Source of the DNA: a bacterium | GTDB lineage: Bacteria; UBA8248; JACPRG01; G963555815 | Assembly: GCA_965261595.1 (NCBI GenBank) | Contig: CBDHDG010000003.1 | Coordinates: 276,947 to 340,946 of the forward strand | Length of the DNA: 64,000 nucleotides | Direction: 5' to 3' | In this document: positions 61,513-64,000 of the stretch, piece by piece | Position numbering within the stretch: position 1 is the first letter of the stretch | Layout: every line of letters begins with the position of its first letter | Notes under the pieces: generated by a model | What the model was told of the DNA's origin: nothing | What the model saw: the letters and a program-made list of their open reading frames with translations, nothing else | Database searches by the model: none | Position numbers and translations under genes: made by a program

Positions 61513-62997
61513 CTAAGGTGCGGCAGGAATTCCGCGGTTCGCGGCGTTAGGCTGGGAATCAGGGCCCTCGATCCCGTCGATTATCGGTATCGCCTTCACC
61601 GCAATTTCAGTGAACCTGTCAACGAAGTACTTTGTGATCTCGCCGCCTTCCTCTTTGCACTCCTGATGCAAATCCGGGATGAGTGAATCCCAATCCCCTT
61701 TTTTCTCATCCACCCAGTCACAGCATGGCCACCAGGTATCATTTTTTGTCAGACCAAGCTTGTCCTTAAGCTGTTCATCAAGACACTCTCGCCGTTTCTG
61801 CTCTTCTTCCGCCATGTTGCCCTTGGGCATTGGAGAGCATATGCCGATCCTCCATTTATTCGGTCCTATCCCATGCGCCTGCAATCCAATTGAGGTCCGC
61901 CGGTCGAGTTTGGATTGTTCTGCTGTTTTGTATTGAGCCCAACATTCCCGATGTAGCCAGACGGCGCATGAGTACTTGGACTCACCGTCATACTCGTAGA
62001 CAACCTCCATGTCGCCGGTGGAATCCTTCAGCTCATCCATTACGGCCGTCTTGATCCGACGACACAGTCGTTCCAGAAACCTTTCACACACTTCATTCCT
62101 GACAGCGGACCAGGAATCATGCACCACCTTCGCGGTTTTCAGTTTCTCCGGATTGAACGGCTCCGACAACAAGAAGTCCCGGACAGTATTGGTTTCGCTA
62201 TCGGTGGTCATGGCTTGGCCTCCAAATGTCCGTTGGCAAAATGTCTCGGCGTCGCGCAGGAACCAGCGCAGTCGGTCCACTTCGCAGTTCTTCCGGCACT
62301 CTCCGAGCCACCCGGCGAGTGAATACGGAATGCGAAAAGCTTCGAATCCGTCCGCCTGCTCCTCTTGTCCTCGATGGTACGGCATGATGACAAAGCGGCC
62401 TTCCCATATCTTTAGTTCTGTCTTGGGAATGCTCGAATCTGACGGGCCATCGCCGGTGGGAGAGAGGTAGATCAGAAGGAACCGGTCGCCGTATTCCCTC
62501 TCAAGGTATTCAAGGTAGTCCTTGACCTGATTCTTTTGGTCGCCAGCGTAAGGCTTGTTCTCGATGGTCAGACAGTGGGTTTCTCCATCGTTGCCGACGA
62601 TCTCAACGGAGACGTCAATACGCCGGTCGGCGGTGATCCTCCGCTCGACTTCAACGGTCATCCGGCTCTTGTCGAGGTCGTCGGGCCAGCGTGGAGTCTC
62701 TTTCAAGATCTTCAATCTCTCCAGCAACGTCCGGAGAAACAGCGTCCCCTGACCATGGGTTGCATCGCGATTGAGCAGATTGGCGATGATCCGGGAAAGC
62801 CCCAATTCATCATCCCGCAGGTAGTCGAGGACGTTGAATCGGCGCGCCAGTTTTTTGTCGAGCTCCCGTTCCAGGGCTCTCGCCGTCTCCAATCGGGGGG
62901 TCAACTCGGCGAAGAGCCGTTGGTACTCCATGCGGTTGGCCTCTCTCACTTCGTCCAGTCGCTTGCCCAGTTCTGCGAAGAAACGTTCCGTTTCCAT
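61513..62997 (-). CDS. PD-(D/E)XK nuclease family protein (PDDEXK_4-like)
   Basis: RFNVLDYL..DELGLS, HGQG.LFL, VERRI...RRIDV, TIENKPYAGDQ.NQV.DY and LIYLSP. The ORF is open to 63225; the start is uncertain. Confidence 0.82.
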   Translation of the reverse strand: METERFFAELGKRLDEVREANRMEYQRLFAELTPRLETARALERELDKKLARRFNVLDYLRDDELGLSRIIANLLNRDATHGQGTLFLRTLLERLKILKETPRWPDDLDKSRMTVEVERRITADRRIDVSVEIVGNDGETHCLTIENKPYAGDQKNQVKDYLEYLEREYGDRFLLIYLSPTGDGPSDSSIPKTELKIWEGRFVIMPYHRGQEEQADGFEAFRIPYSLAGWLGECRKNCEVDRLRWFLRDAETFCQRTFGGQAMTTDSETNTVRDFLLSEPFNPEKLKTAKVVHDSWSAVRNEVCERFLERLCRRIKTAVMDELKDSTGDMEVVYEYDGESKYSCAVWLHRECWAQYKTAEQSKLDRRTSIGLQAHGIGPNKWRIGICSPMPKGNMAEEEQKRRECLDEQLKDKLGLTKNDTWWPCCDWVDEKKGDWDSLIPDLHQECKEEGGEITKYFVDRFTEIAVKAIPIIDGIEGPDSQPNAANRGIPAAP

Positions 62998-63256
62998 GGC
63001 GTCGAGTATACCAACCGGAATTTCCCATATCAAATCCGGACAGGCCTGTACCGACCCCTCGTTGCTGTTTAAGTCAATTAGACCCCTCTCTCCCGGACCT
63101 GTCAATCCCATTTCAGGTGCCTGAAACCCTAATCGGAGCGTTATCCACCATTGAAAATCATGCCACCCCTCCGGGTAGGCGAGCCTTCCCAGCAGGTCAT
63201 CTGGAAGGGACAGAACATTCACCATTTTGTCCTCGGGTGGACTGCGCTGAGAGCGG

Positions 63257-63401
63257 TTAGACAGGTACGGGCCGCCATCGGTTGATCCGGTCCAGGATGA
63301 GAGCGAACACCTCCCTGGATACGGCTACCTCGGCCAACTGGAAGATGATGTGCCGGGCATGGCGCACAATCCGGCCGCCCATTTTGATGAGCTTGACCTG
63401 G
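63257..63401 (-). mobile_element. IS1380-family transposase C-terminal remnant
   Basis: QVKLIKMGGRIVRHARHIIFQLAEVAVSRE...RWRPVPV*, truncated by the IS3 at 63402. Confidence 0.7.
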
Positions 63402-64000
63402 TGAGGTGGTCCCAGGAAATCGGACAGGTTGCTAAGGTGTATTCCACCGACTGAGGGAGGGATACGCAATGACCACACGACGGCGGTTCACGGGGGAGTT
63501 CAAGGCGAAGGTAGCGCTGGAAGCACTGCGCGGGGACAAGACGTCCATGAGATCGCGACGCGGCACAAGGTTCATCCGAACCAGGTAAGCGTCTGGAAGC
63601 AGCGGGCGGTGGAGGGGATGAAGGAGGTATTCTCCAAGGGAGCAGAGCGGAGTCGAGGGGACCACGAGGCGGAGATCCGGGACCTGCACGCGAAGATCGG
63701 GGAGTTGACGGTGGAGCGGGATTTTTTGCCCAAAGGGCTCAAGTGGTGAGCCGGGAGGGACGCAGGGCCATGATCCGGCGCGACCATCCCAAGCCAAGCT
63801 CAGCTTGAGCCGTCAATGCCGCTTGCTCTCCATCAGCCGATCCTCGCTATATCACACGCCTCAGGGCGAGAGTGCGCAGAACCTGGCGTTGATGCGGCGG
63901 ATCGATGAGTTGTTCTTGAAATACCCGTTCTACGGCAGCCGCCAGATGGTGCGTCATCTGTGGCGGGATGGAGTCCGTGTCGGTCGTCACCGGGTTCGGC
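63402..64000 (+). mobile_element. IS3-family IS, left part (continues beyond window)
   Basis: Left end TGAGGTGGTCCCAGG. orfA from 63469 (MTTRRRFTGEFKAKVALEAL..VHPNQV..WK..IGELTVERDFL, frameshifted), then orfB (RQCRLLSISRSS.Y, PFYGSRQM). Confidence 0.88.

Larger units (their letters stand above)
57895..62910 (-). repeat. diverged copy B of the plasmid/ICE-like module (copy A at 25035-29002)
   Basis: Same gene order as copy A, plus an extra EEP pseudogene and integrase/IS scraps. Confidence 0.88.

Overview
High-GC bacterial chromosome window with three parts. (1) 1-2403 is the right end of an integrated element: a frameshifted large serine recombinase whose reading frame runs into the antisense of tRNA-Glu(CTC). 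(2) 2340-14215 is an intact housekeeping block: tRNA-Glu, tRNA-Gln, gltX, AEC and MFS transporters, hybrid histidine kinase, moeA, RidA, ECF sigma, HtrA/DegP, lgt and an SDR. (3) 14230-64000 is a ~50 kb IS-riddled mosaic accessory/defence island. It holds IS3-, IS256-, IS1380- and IS30-type elements and remnants, and two diverged copies of a plasmid/ICE-like module (ssb, TOPRIM primase-like, DUF2493-like, Cys-rich protein, PD-(D/E)XK nuclease). It also holds HigBA, an intact type I R-M locus with embedded PrrC and an HsdS with near-identical TRDs, several HEPN-like ORFs and a DUF3800-like ORF. The most notable part is an intact five-gene operon at 46.5-53.0 kb: metallophosphoesterase, helical protein, two tandem TRAFAC-type GTPases and a GAP1-N1-like protein. 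It matches a predicted, to my knowledge untested, double-GTPase conflict system. No CRISPR array or rRNA was seen. All family assignments are by eye from motifs; no database searches were run.
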